A stretch of DNA of 64,000 nt from NCBI RefSeq assembly GCF_006345805.1, contig NC_043005.1:90520001-90584000 (forward strand). Direction: 5' to 3'. Position 1 is the stretch's first letter, and every line of letters begins with the position of its first letter. The position numbers and the translations under genes were made by a program. This DNA comes from Octopus sinensis. Taxonomy: Eukaryota. The notes beneath the pieces are model-generated. The model searched no databases. It was not told the DNA's origin and saw only the letters and a list, made by a program, of their open reading frames with translations. This document shows, piece after piece, positions 38,541 through 50,619 of the stretch.

Positions 38541-38983
38541 AAAGAATATATATATATGGACCTCACAGAGGCAAAGTGGCTGAGTTCTTTTTGTGTGTTG
38601 GGCCTCACAGAAGCAAAGTAGCTGAATTTCTTCCAAGTGTTGGGCCTCACTCAGGCCTCACTTTTTATTCAGCTTGGTAGCTTACCATAACACTAGTGTT
38701 TTTTTTTCCGCCCCAGTCACTGCTTTCCTTTATCGGTTGTCCTAGTGTGCAGCCAGCAGTGGGTATGTGCTAGTGACAAGGACCAAAGAGGCCAAAATGT
38801 ACACTTAACATTCTCACCTCTGCTAGTGAACAATTTTCATCTGCTACTAATATATTTCGTTTTTAAACACAGTGAGTTCATAAGGGATGTCATCTCCAGG
38901 TGAATGCTAGTTCGTTTACTTTTTTTTTACATGTAATACAGGTAGCTTATGTTATTTTATCTTTATCATTTAATCTTCTTCAG

Positions 38984-39162
38984 AGAAACAAGATGTGTGT
39001 GGAAACTCTCTGTCTTCTATAATTATGCCACATGAAAAGAAAAATGAAAGCTGGTGTGTTATTACTGCTCATGGGAAGCTGGATGCTCCTGAATCTGGAA
39101 AAGGTTTTGAAATGTGTTTCCAAGTTTCAGTCTCTCCTCTCTCAGAAGTATTACCATTTTAA
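38984..39162 (+). CDS. PHGDH: PHGDH terminal exon 11 (QKQDVCGNSLSSIIMPHEKKNESWCVITAHGKLDAPESGKGFEMCFQVSVSPLSEVLPF*)
   Basis: cttcag acceptor in phase 1 continues exon 10. ESWCV and FEMCFQV align with vertebrate ETWHV and TEAFQFH. TAA at 39160-39162. Total CDS 1617 nt = 538 aa. Confidence 0.8.
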
Positions 39163-39205
39163 ACATTTGACATGGAATTATTTGAGAATTGTATAAACAA
39201 ATGTC

Positions 39206-39211
39206 ATTAAA
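39206..39211 (+). promoter_or_regulatory. Candidate PHGDH polyadenylation signal ATTAAA
   Basis: ATTAAA about 45 nt after the stop, followed by U/GU-rich sequence. Confidence 0.35.
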
Positions 39212-39739
39212 GTTATTTGCTATATTATAATTATTGTTGTGGGTCTTTTTGTTGTTGTTGATATTATTAGATAAGGTGGCAGCTGGGAGAAGCACCAATG
39301 CATTAGACAAAATCTTTAGTGGTATTTCTTCTGACCCATTATTCTCTGAGTTCAAATTCTGGGGGTTGATAAAATAAAGTAGCATTCAAGTAGTGGGGGT
39401 CAAAGTAGTGGTTGACATTAGGAAGGGCATCCAACCATACAAGCCCTACCAAAACCGACAGTGAAGTCTGTTGCAACCCATGGAAAACAGATGTTAAATG
39501 CTGATAAAATGGCAACCTGGTATTGTTTGTTGGACAAAATTCTTAGTGGTATTTCTTACAACTTTCCATTTTGAGTTCAAGCTCTGTTACAATTAACTTT
39601 GCTTTTCATTCTTCCAGGGTCAGTGAAATAAAGTGCCAGTTGAGCACTTTGTTGGTGTAATCACCTTATTGCTTCCTCTAAAATTGCTGGCCTTATACCA
39701 AAACAATTATTTAAGACATTGCACAGTATCAAATATTAT

Positions 39740-40320
39740 GATGATGTTGATTGGAGATATTGTGTCTACCGAGGGTTTGTACTCTGTCAAGTGACAACAA
39801 GGACCCCAGACAGACAGTACCTTACACAATATGTGTGCAGTTCCAGGAAGTGCTGATTTTTGCAATACACCTAGATTGTAGGGTATTTCTAAAGTTTTCA
39901 GATGTTTCTTCAGGTTGGGTGGTATTGAACCCAATGCTCTGATGACAACAGGGACAGCCTTTGTTTGACTCTTGTAGCTGTCACATCTTGGCGATCTCAG
40001 GTCTCTGTATTTATTAATCTTTTTTCTTTCTTTCTTTCATATGTTGATCTCCTAGCACTGCCATGTCAATTATTAGGCACACTTGTCTGTCCCTCCTAAA
40101 GGTTATTATATTCGACCATTGGTGCTCTAACACCTTGTCTGTCTGGAAGTCAATACCAAAGAATTTTTGCCTTCTCCTTTTCTGCTGTATGTTGGTAGCA
40201 GGCACCTGTTACCTTGTATCCATACTCCTGGCATAGTACCAATGAAAGTTTTGGGTTACCTTGCTGTGTCTGCACTTGTACTCTTTTCCTGTGCAAAACT
40301 TTCACAAGCACTAACCACAC
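39740..40320 (-). mobile_element. R4/Dong-like non-LTR retrotransposon 3' fragment
   Basis: DFQTDKVLEHQWSNIITFRRDRQVCLIIDMAVLGD and LGVLQKSALPGTAHILCKVL. Confidence 0.8.
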
Positions 40321-43019
40321 AGCCACACTAGTTTTTATGTTCTGAGTTCAAATTTTGCTGAGAAAGTCTTTATCTTACAAAGGTGGAAAGATAGAATCCA
40401 TAAATTATCAGACACAATGCTTTGAAACACTTAGTGTTGGGGTCAATTTACTTATTTTCTTTTCTAAGAGATTTGAGGAAATTATTGTTGAAAATTTGCA
40501 AGAGCTAAATACCAGCAGGTACTTGATTTATGTTCATTTAAACCGGCCACATCTGGCCCACATGTTCTGTTTTATGTTCAAACCAGCCAGGTCCAGAATG
40601 TCACACCTCTCTAACAATGTCATTCTAAAAATATACAATCCTTTTATCAACATCTGAAAGCTATGAGATATTGCACAATTATTTTAAACCAACAGGGAAT
40701 AAGCATGATATTGGTCAGTGGTTAGGGTGTTGCACTTGTGATCATGATTTCAGTTTCTGGACCAGATGATGCATTGTGTTCTTGTGCAGAAACACTTCAT
40801 CTGGTGGTGTTCTACAATCATGTCAGCACTTGACGTTTGGTACACCATACATCTGTTCAGGAAGGCAACAACAATTTCATGGAAGGAGTCACCTTACTGG
40901 CACCTGTGCCAGTGGCATGTGTAAAAAGATTTGAGCGAGGTCATTGCCAGTACCGCCTGACTGGCCCCTGTGCTGTGGCACGTAAAAGTGCACCATTCGA
41001 GCATGATTGTTACCAACGTCACCTTACTGGCACCTGTGCCGGTGGCATGTGTAAAAAGATTTGAGCGAGGTCATTGCCAGAACCGCCTGACTGGCCCCCA
41101 TGCCGGTGGTACGTAAAAAGCACCCACTACACTCTCAGAGTGGTTGGCATTAGGAAGGGCATCCAGCTGTAGAAACTCTGCCAGATCAAGATTGAAGCCT
41201 GGTGCAGCCATCTGGTTCGCCAGCCCTCGGTCAAAATCGTCCAACCCATGCTAGCATGGAAAGCGGATGTTAAACGATGATGATGATGAGTGAGTGAGCT
41301 TACATATGGCACACACATTTGATCACTATACACAAATCATTTGTGAAGGTTGTTCAGCTTTTGCTGAACATTCTTACATTGTCTTCAATGGAAGATTCCC
41401 CTGTATTTGACTGAGTAATTTGAACACTAAAGGATTAATGTGAGTCTGAATCTCTCTGAGGTTGACTTTACTTTTGATTCTTAAGTTAAACACTAGTCAA
41501 TCCAGACGACCACACCACACCCCTATCAAAATCTGTATTCTCTCTTTTTCATTGCACCATGCTGTCTGAAAGGAAGAATGGCACTGCACTCCCTATATAT
41601 TTTATCATTTTGTTTCAGTTAATTTTGACAATTACAAAGAATTTAGTACATACTTTTGCATTATTAAGCTGGTGTTAAAAATAAAAATTGACACAAAATT
41701 TTGATGGAAGGTTTGAATTTAGATCACTTTAAAATGGAATTTTTGTACCATAAAACCAGGGTGGTATCAAAAGGATTAACTGTTTTGTTATCATATTCCT
41801 GCTGAAAGACACTGCTTTTCATCATCATCATCATCCTCATTTAATTTCCATGTCCCATAATAGTATGGGTTAGAGGATTTGACAGGATCTGATGGGTCCT
41901 AGGACTGCATCGTGCTCTGTGTATTTTGAAATGATTTCTACAGCTGAATGCCCTTCCTGATCCCAATCACTTTACGGCATATACTGGGTGCTTTCATTCA
42001 TGGCACCAATACTAGTGAAGTTACCATGCAGCTTGCAAGAGTACACATCCCAAAACAACTTTATAGCAGATGTGAAGGGGCCAGAGCAGGTTTCTTGCTG
42101 TTCAGTAGCTACATGGTTACTCAACTTTTAGAAGGGAGGGTGGAGCTACAAAGAGATAAAAAGTGATGAGGTACCTGGGTGGGGTAAGAAGAAACCCTCA
42201 AGAAATGAGGTGAGTCATGAGAGAAGAGGGAGTGTGGGTGGGTAGAGACTGCAAGAGTGCACAGGAGTGTCAGGGGTGAACATAATGAATGAAGAATTAG
42301 TGTTGAAGGACAACCAATGATATAGAAGGGTAGTAAGGATTATTCAGGAGAAGGATTAGAGAGAGAGATATGTGGTTGGGTTGGTTGCAAGAATATAGTG
42401 AGGAGAGCTGCAGGTGTAGTGTATGGAGAGAATGACAGAGGTGGAGAAGAAAAGGGAATTAGGCTGAGGGTGATCAATATAAAATGTAGGTGAAAAGGAC
42501 TATTAAGAATAAAAGATGAATATCAAGTGAAATGATTCCAGGTAGTAAGAAAGATGGTGGGTGGTGGTGGTGGTGGCAGGGTTCCTTGTTTCAATTTTCA
42601 AATTATTGAAGAATTTAGTAAAATAATTTTGTCCTTAAGCTGGTGTTAGGAATATAAATTAACATGGTTTTAATTTAGATCCCTTTAAATAAGAAAATTT
42701 GTATCATGCTGGCAGACTGGTTAAATGAATAGAAATAACATAGGGGACTTTTTCTGTCTAGCGAAGGACATAAGAATCTCTCTGGTCTATCATGATAAAA
42801 TGCACCCAGTATGCTCATTGCATTGGTTGGTGCTAGGAAAGGCATTCAGCTGTACTTAGAATGAAACTTACAAGTGAGTTGTGGTACCCTGACTCATCTA
42901 GAAGGCTGGTGAGAAGAACAGATGTGAAGTGATGAGGATTATGATCTGTCACTGTTAGAAATCATTTACTTGTTAAAATGTATTGCAGTTTCTGTGTTGG
43001 TTTCAGTTGCACAAGATCT

Positions 43020-43330
43020 CCTTAATTATGTCCAGAACAATGAAAATTTTTGAAAACTTTGCTTAGGCCTCTGAGCAGGTATCGCCAAGTTTTAGCAAAA
43101 TTTGATGCCAGTTCTCTGCTCAACCTTCTCCTTCATGGTCAATGCAAAAATCACATGCTACACACTTTCCCTCCAAGCATTGTTGTAAACAGAAGTGAGT
43201 TAGAACGTTAAAACTTAGTGCACATGCACAGCAGAGTTCAAGGTCAATCTGTGCCAAGTGGCTTCACACTCATTTTTTTGCTTCGTTACCATAGTAACAA
43301 TCTGGATACTTATGAAACCACATACAGCAA
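43020..43330 (-). mobile_element. Mariner 5' end fragment
   Basis: Homologous to the arms at 23665-24530. Reads MKEKVEQRTGIKF. Confidence 0.7.
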
Positions 43331-43366
43331 TCAGATATTTTAAAACATAAGCTTTTGTATATTTAC

Positions 43367-43509
43367 CTCTAGATTGACAGTGGCTGTCAACTTGTGCTTT
43401 GTCAAAGATCACATCAGCAGGAAGAGAGCTTCCGGCTTCCAAATTTGTTTTCGTATTGGCAACCAAAACACTTATATTCTTATACTTTTGTACACATGTT
43501 CTGCCATTT
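43367..43509 (-). CDS. Uncharacterised secreted protein exon (NGRTCVQKYKNISVLVANTKTNLEAGSSLPADVIFDKAQVDSHCQSR)
   Basis: gtctttgcag acceptor, GTAAAT donor, 143 nt (phase 2 to 1), in frame with the previous exon. Confidence 0.7.
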
Positions 43510-43616
43510 CTGCAAAGACATCAAGAGACATTAAAAGAACAATTGTCAGCATAACCATTCTGTCATTGCATGTCTTAAGCTTTTCTTTTACTATAAATGT
43601 GTGTGTGTATGTATAC

Positions 43617-43660
<44 letters not shown>

Positions 43661-44879
43661 CATAGATGAGATCCAGATATTCTCCACATAGAATACACTT
43701 AATAGTGCTCAAGAGATTTGAATTTGGGTATGGAAGTAGATATAGGGATAACCAAATTAAACAAATCAGTATATAAAGTATATTAAATACAAAATATGTA
43801 TACATATAAAAAGAGTACAAATGATATAGAAAATTAATGGTGTGGAGGAAAAGTATTACAAATCCTACAGCTGTTTCTTGGGTGGCCGGGCTCATCAATC
43901 CATAATAACATTTGTAGATTAATTGCATCTCCTTTAACATCTCAAATGTAAGATCTCTTACCTAAAGACAGAGGCTCATCTCATCCTATGTGTATGTTGG
44001 ACCTTTTATATGTATATATGTATATATATATATATATATATATACATATTTTTGTATTTCTTGCATGTCCCAAACATTGAAGAGTACCCCTGCTGCGTTG
44101 GGCAATATGATATGCTTGAGAAGACCTGTTGAGTCAAGTAAAACCAAAATCGTAGCTGTGGCCAGTGCCCCTGACTCTGGTTGCACATAAAATGCATCAT
44201 CTGAACATGGTCAATGATAATGTTTCTTGACTGGCTCCCATGCCGGTGGCACATAAAAAGCACCATCCAAACAGGGTCAATGCCAAGTCCGCCTGACTGG
44301 CTCCTGTGCCAGTGGCAAGTAAAAAGCACTATCCAAACATGATCAATGCCAGGAACACCTGAATGGCCCCATGCTGGTGGAATGTAAAAAGCATTATCTG
44401 AACATGATTGATGCCAGGCCCGCATGACTGGCTCTCATGCTAGTGGTACATAAAAAGCACCCACTACACTCTTGGAGTGTCTGGCATTAGGAAGGGCATC
44501 CAGCTGTAGAAACATTGCCAGATCAGATTAGAGCCTGGTGAAGCTACTGGCTCTCCAGACCTCATCCAACCCATGCAAGCATGGAAAATGGACGAGGATG
44601 ATGATGATGATATATATATACATGTACATATGTATGCATACATTCTTTTATTTTATATTTTTCAGCCTTCAGGCTGCAGCCATACTGGGGCACCACCATT
44701 GAAATCATCTTTTAATTGGCCAATTTTATGGGTTTGGCTTCTAGTGAAGGAGGAAGTTCGATATTGCTTCCCTCTTTTTAGTTTCCTGCCTTGATATCAG
44801 TTCATCTGGGATCTTGGAAAGAAAGAGGTCAAATTGTTTCTTGAAAGCATCTACTCTCACTCCATGGAGGTACCTCAGA

Positions 44880-46260
44880 GGATTTGGCAAGGAGTTGAAT
44901 CCCAAGCTATTGCAGTACATAGCCCTTGCCCTAGATGAGACAACTGGGACTTTTGGAACAGTGCAGTGATGTCCATTTCAAGGTCTGGTATAACTCTCAA
45001 TTCTAAAGTTTGGTGCCAGCTCCTCCAGTATCTTCCATACATGTATCACTGAGTATCTCTCCCGTCTTCGCTCTATAGAGCTCTTTTAGTCACTACCAGT
45101 AGCTCAGCTGTTCCATTGGTGCAATCTTCCTTGTGTAGTATCTCTGAACCACCTCAAGTTCTGCTATTAATCCCATAGCGTAGGGTGACCATAGTTGAGA
45201 GCAGTAGTTCAGATGGATGAGGACAAATGCCCTCCATAGGACCAGCATAGTTTCCTGGTCCCTTGTTCAGAAGGTTCTCTGAATCCAGTCAGCCATTTGC
45301 CTGCTCGCTGCTACCATCTTGGTGACATGCATGTGAAATGAGGCATTGCTGCTCATATCAATCCCAAGATTATAGACCAGATGTGATTCTAGGATTTCCA
45401 CTCCTTTTGGTCCAAAGTATCATTGTTGTGACTTCTGAGCACCAATTAGCTGGTAGTGGAGGGCTTGGAATTTGCCTGCATTAAATTGCATGCCCTCAGC
45501 CCATTTATATATTGTATCTAGGTCTTTCTGTAGAAGATTAGCATCAGAAGGTTCCTTGACTGCTTGTACTACTTTTGTATCATCGGCATAACTAGTAAGT
45601 GTGGCTATCTGTGTAACTGATGGCATGTCTGAAAGAGCCACCATGAACAGCAGTGGCTCCAATACAGTTCCTTGAGGCACTCCACTTTCTATTAATGTTT
45701 CCATGGTGAGGGCTCCATTGGTTGCTACAGCTTGGCTTCTATCTTTTAAGAAGTCATGCAACCACTCTGCAATTTTCCCAGTTATGCCGAGTCTCCGTAG
45801 TTTGTGACATTCCATCCCATGATCGAACTTATCAAAGGCCTTTGGAAAGTCAAAATATATCACATCTACATTTGAGCAATTCATTAATTGTTTCAACATC
45901 CAGTCATAGTGTTGTAAAAGCTGTGTAAGGCAGCTTCTTCCTGAGTGAAAGCCATGTTGGGTGTCAGGAAACAAGTCATTATCTCCGAGGAACACATGGG
46001 AAGTTAGAGAGGCAGGTCTATAATTCTGAGTGTCTGCTCTGCTACTTCCCTTATGGATAGGGCATATAATGCTTTCTTTTAACTTTTTGGGAAGTCTCCC
46101 TGTTGTGAAACTCTGAAAGAGAACCCCAAGTGGTCTAGTTAGAGCCCCTTTGCATTTCTTTAGGAGTATTTCTGGGAATCTGCCAGGGCCTATGGCTGAT
46201 ATCACATCAGTTTCATCTATGCTGATGCTATCAATAATTGCCATTTTGTTGTGTAGATCT
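44880..46260 (-). mobile_element. CR1-clade LINE reverse transcriptase fragment
   Basis: NYRPASLTSH, QHGFHSGRSCLTQLL, YFDFPKAFDKFDH, SGVPQGTVLEPLLF and SYADDTK in ORF 45420..46589. Confidence 0.92.
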
Positions 46261-46807
46261 GAGGAGCCAAAGAACTCGTCAGGCATAGCTACTGGAGTTG
46301 TGAAAGCACTCTTGTATTGCACATTCAGTATTTCACTGATATATGTCTGTATATATACACTGACACGCACAAATGCACATACATACACACGTGTGTGTGT
46401 GTGTGTGTTAAGTGCAATATGTTTTGTAAACACATATTGCTTGAGAAGAAGACCCATCAAGCCGAGCAGAATTGCAGTCATGGCAGATACCAGTGTTATA
46501 CAAATTGGCACCACCATGCTGGTGGCACGTAAGCACACCCTGGTGTCACGCAAATGACACCCATGCCTGTGGCATGTAAAAGCACCCATTACACTTTCAG
46601 AGTGGTTTATGTTAGGAAAGGCGTCCAGCCGTAGAAAACCATGCCAAATCAGACTGGAGTCTGGTGCAGCCTGGTCAAACTGTCCAACTCATGCCAGCAT
46701 GGACAATGGACGTTAAATGGACGCAAAAACAACAACAAAAAAATGTTTTCTTAGACATCATTAATATAAAATTGAATATTTCATATGAAACATGTATTGT
46801 TCCTTAC

Positions 46808-46921
46808 CCTTTTTTACACTTTCCTACTTTAATTTCTTGGAATGTTTTATTAATTTCTGCAAGATATTTAATCTTGCTGTCTGTGTTGTTTATCGTTTCT
46901 TTGGTGTAGACAAAGTACCTC
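46808..46921 (-). CDS. Uncharacterised secreted protein exon (RYFVYTKETINNTDSKIKYLAEINKTFQEIKVGKCKKG)
   Basis: ttctttctttctag acceptor, GTAAGG donor, 114 nt (phase 2 to 2), in frame with both neighbours. Confidence 0.75.
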
Positions 46922-48755
46922 CTAGAAAGAAAGAAAAAATTTAAACTGGATTTATTTTCATCAATGTTGGTCATGGATGAATGTATAAGTTCCATTTGAA
47001 ATAAGTTCACATTAAAATAATGATGTGAATAACATTTATGGTGTATATACAAATGGGGAAGGTGTGTGACTTAGAAGTTAGGGTGCTGCACTTATGATTA
47101 CAAAATTGTGGTTTCAATTCCCAGACTGGCGGTGATTTATGTTCTTGGGCAAAACACTTCATTTCACAATTCTCCTGTCCACTCAGATGTAAATAGGTAA
47201 CACTGCCCTACATAGTTGGGGGGGGGGGAGTGTTGGCCTGCCAGCCTACCCATTAGTAGGATGGTACTGTTTGAAAGAGCTGGCAGAAACGTTATCATGC
47301 TGGGCGAAATGCTTAGCGGTATTTTGCCTGCCATTACGTTCTGAGTTCAAATTCCACTGAGGTCAACTTTGCCTTTCATCCTTTCGGGGTCGATTAAATA
47401 AGTACCAGTTACACACTGGGGTCAATATAATCGACTTAATCCGTTTGTCTGTCCTTGTTTGTCCTCTCTGTGTTTAGCCCCTTGTGGGTAGTAAAGAAAT
47501 AGGTATTTCGTCTGCTGTTACGTTCTGAGTTCAAATTCCGGCGAGGTCAACTTTGCCTTTCATCCTTTCGGGGTCGATTAAATAAGTACCAGTTACACAC
47601 TGGGGTCGATATAATCGACTTAATCCGTTTGTCTGTTCTTGTTTGTCCCCTCTGTGTGTAGCCCCTTGTGGGCAGTAAAGGAATAGGTACTGTTTGAAAG
47701 ATACAACAATGCAAAAAAATGCAATGCAACCAGTCGTGTGTAATGACATCTGATTGTCTGATCAATGCAGTGACTTACCTGACATACATCATCATCATCA
47801 TCATCATCATTTAATGTCCGCTTTCCATGCTAGCATAAGTTGGACGATTTGACTGAGGGCTGGCAAACCAGATAGCTGCACCAGGCTCCAATCTTGATCT
47901 GGCAGAGTTTCTACAGTTGGACACCCTTCCTAACGCCAACCACTCCAAGAGTGTAGTGGGTGCTTTTTACGTGCCACCGGCATGGGGGCCACTCAGGTGG
48001 TACTAGCACACATTGACATACAAATGTAAAAGAACACTGACTGTAAAGTTTTAAGTCAGAGAAACTTCTCATACAAATATTTATTCCGATACAGGAATCA
48101 ATGAATGTTTTGTTTACCGATTTCTGTGCTGGACAAATATATCAAACTAATATTTTCTGGTTTAGCTGTGGAAGTCCAAGAAATGAAACTAAATCAAAAC
48201 ACCATTTTCTGACCATGCACCATCAACATTCTGAAGAGAGGTCTATGTTTTTTAACAAATGTCTGTTTGAGAAGTTTATATTCTTCTTATATATTTCCTT
48301 GTAACATATCTTGCATGCTAGCATGAATGGAATGCTTTGACAGGATCTGTGTCGGATCTTGTCAAGCTAAGTAAAATCACTGTGTTCCACAAATACAAGT
48401 TTGTCCTTCAAGTGCTGGTCCCACATAAAAGGCACCTGCATAGGTGCTGCATCAATGCACCCATGCCAGTGGCATGTAAAAAGCACCCATCACACTCTGT
48501 TAAGTGGTTGGCATAAGGAAGGGCATCCTGCCATAAAAACCATGCCACAACAGACAGTTGGATCTGAACAGCTCCCTGCTGGTCAGTTCCATGCCAAACT
48601 GTCCAACCCATGGAGAGCAGACATTAAACGATAAGTCGTAAATTTCAAAGCAGTGCCCCATCATGGTCACAGTCTAATGAATGAAACAAGTAAAAGATAA
48701 AAGAATATAAAAATTGAAAGTGTTGAACAATAAATGAAATGAATTTTCTACTTAC

Positions 48756-48901
48756 GTTTCACAAGGAAGATGTTCATTTCCTTCTAAATGATTAAACGCG
48801 CCAAGATATTTATTGTAGGAACTTGATGACAAACAGGATGTTGTGTCATTCCAGACATTCAAGCCAGAAATAGCTACTATCAGAATACAGATTATTTGAA
48901 C
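48756..48901 (-). CDS. Uncharacterised secreted protein exon (VQIICILIVAISGLNVWNDTTSCLSSSSYNKYLGAFNHLEGNEHLPCET)
   Basis: tttcag acceptor, GTAAGT donor, 146 nt open (phase 0 to 2). Non-repetitive sequence with a hydrophobic N-terminal stretch. Confidence 0.75.
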
Positions 48902-49499
48902 CTGAAATTCAAATAAAAATGTTTGACTATTATTATTATTATTATTATTCCCTCTCTCTCTTTCGGAGAGGCACAAGCACCTACACGCACATATACACAC
49001 ACGGCAGTAACTTCCGCCTACCGAATTCAATCACAAAGCTTCGGTCGGCTCGGGGCTATAGCAGAAGACACCTGCCCAAAGTGTCACGCAGTGGGACTGA
49101 ACCTGAAACCATGTAGCTAGGAAGCTCCCTAACCACACAGCCATGTCCACCAGCAACTCCCTTAGGCCCTTTCTTAACAGACAATGCTCTTTGGTCTTAG
49201 ATTTTGATACTGTGCCGGTGGCATGTGTAAAAGATTTGAGCGAGGTCATTGCCAGTACCACCTGACTGGCACGTAAAAAGCACCCACTACACTCTCGGAG
49301 TGGTTGGCGTTAGGAAGGGCATCCAGCTGTAGAAACTCTGCCAGGTCAAGATTGAAGCCTGGTGCTGCCATCTGGTTCACCAGCCCTCAGTCATTCGTCC
49401 AACCCATGCTAGCATGGAAAACGGACGTTAAACGACGACGATGATGATGATGATCAAAAATCTCAATTTTTGAGGATAAAAAGGATTTGTACTGATATA

Positions 49500-50260
49500 G
49501 GAGATTACTGGAAACATGCAAATGCTTTTGTACACCATTGTGTCAAATGCGGTTAGAGTGAATCATGATTAAAGGAAATTGCAAATGAATTGCTAAGATT
49601 AGCAAGGAAAGTCAAACAAAGTAAAATATTTGAAAAAACTCCTATAGTGGTTAACTGGCTCCAGAATTTCACTGGCATTTCAAAAGTGTTGCATGAAAGT
49701 TACCAGCATGTTGCAGAAAAATATCCTTGTTTCAAACAAATATTCCCTCAGCTGCCTATTGTAGCCTTTAATTAGTATAAAAATATAAGGGAACTATTAA
49801 CCACTACTTCTGACATCAAGAAAAGTAACATTGGAATTTCTGAACACCGTATCTTGAAAAAATGGCTGCAACAGAGGTAATGAGTCAAGTCAATTCCGTT
49901 AAGAATCATAGCAGAAATGTTATAGTTTATACAGAAGGTAGGGTGTGTGGAGATCCCCATTTGCTGTGCTCAGCCGAATGCACCCAACACAACTTGATTT
50001 ACATTGGTTATACAGCAGAACAATTGAACAAAAAAGATTCAGTGGGCACAAGTATGATGTCAAGCACAATATTAGTTGTTTGACAGAACTTGCTGAACAT
50101 TTTACATCAATGGCTGCAGTTTTGAAAAAGACCTGGAAGTGCATATTCCCAGAAAATATTCTGAATTTACTTTCAGTCCTCAAAATGCACGAGGAGTATT
50201 ATGTGAGTTATTAACATTACTCCCTGAAGGAATGAACAAAATGAAAAGGGAATTTCATTG
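49500..50260 (+). mobile_element. Penelope-like element, GIY-YIG endonuclease end (degraded)
   Basis: PIVAF..YKNIRELL linker, CSAECTQHNLIYIGYT and RFSGHKYD..LAEHF. Confidence 0.75.
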
Positions 50261-50619
50261 TATTTACTCCAAACTGTTTGATTAAATGTTCTTTTTCTTT
50301 TTTTCTTTTTGTTTTTGTCAGTTGTAAAATTGAAATTTGAAGACTGATGATGTCATTCCTTCAAAGTGGGAATGCAGGATCTCCTCATTCAAACTTTTGA
50401 ATTTGAATTTCTATGTATCACTTTTCATTTTGAACTCAAAAAATTGTTCAAACCAACAAATACCTATTGCAACTGCATCATGCCCTTCATATTGTCTATT
50501 TATTTTTGTGAAGAGTTATGTCAATCCTTTTAAAGTACTATTATTGTTATTATTCTTATTTTTTTTAACTAAGGTTTTGTTGGAACTCCTGGAGTTTTGC
50601 ATGCATAACGGACTTGTTG

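Noticed and set aside
41378-42897. Phase-1 micro-exon candidates for the orphan gene (42872-42897 DESGYHNSL; 41378-41400 GESSIEDN)
   Set aside because: One lies in a decayed SINE tail and the other has a weak acceptor. They cannot be told from chance without reads.
45420-46589. 389-aa ORF as a host gene
   Set aside because: A chimera of SINE, microsatellite and a CR1 RT fragment with internal deletions.
43367-48901. Faint resemblance of the orphan protein to short-chain helical cytokines (CSF1/KITLG: C spacing, CVQKY vs CVRTF, 15-nt first coding exon)
   Set aside because: The similarity is by eye only, the region is too short, and its phase-2 introns differ from the phase-0 pattern I recall for those genes. 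A structure search is needed.
50330-50400. CUGAUGA plus hairpin after the Penelope GIY-YIG fragment as a hammerhead
   Set aside because: The GAAA half of the core is missing (GGAU) and stem III cannot form. At most a dead relic.
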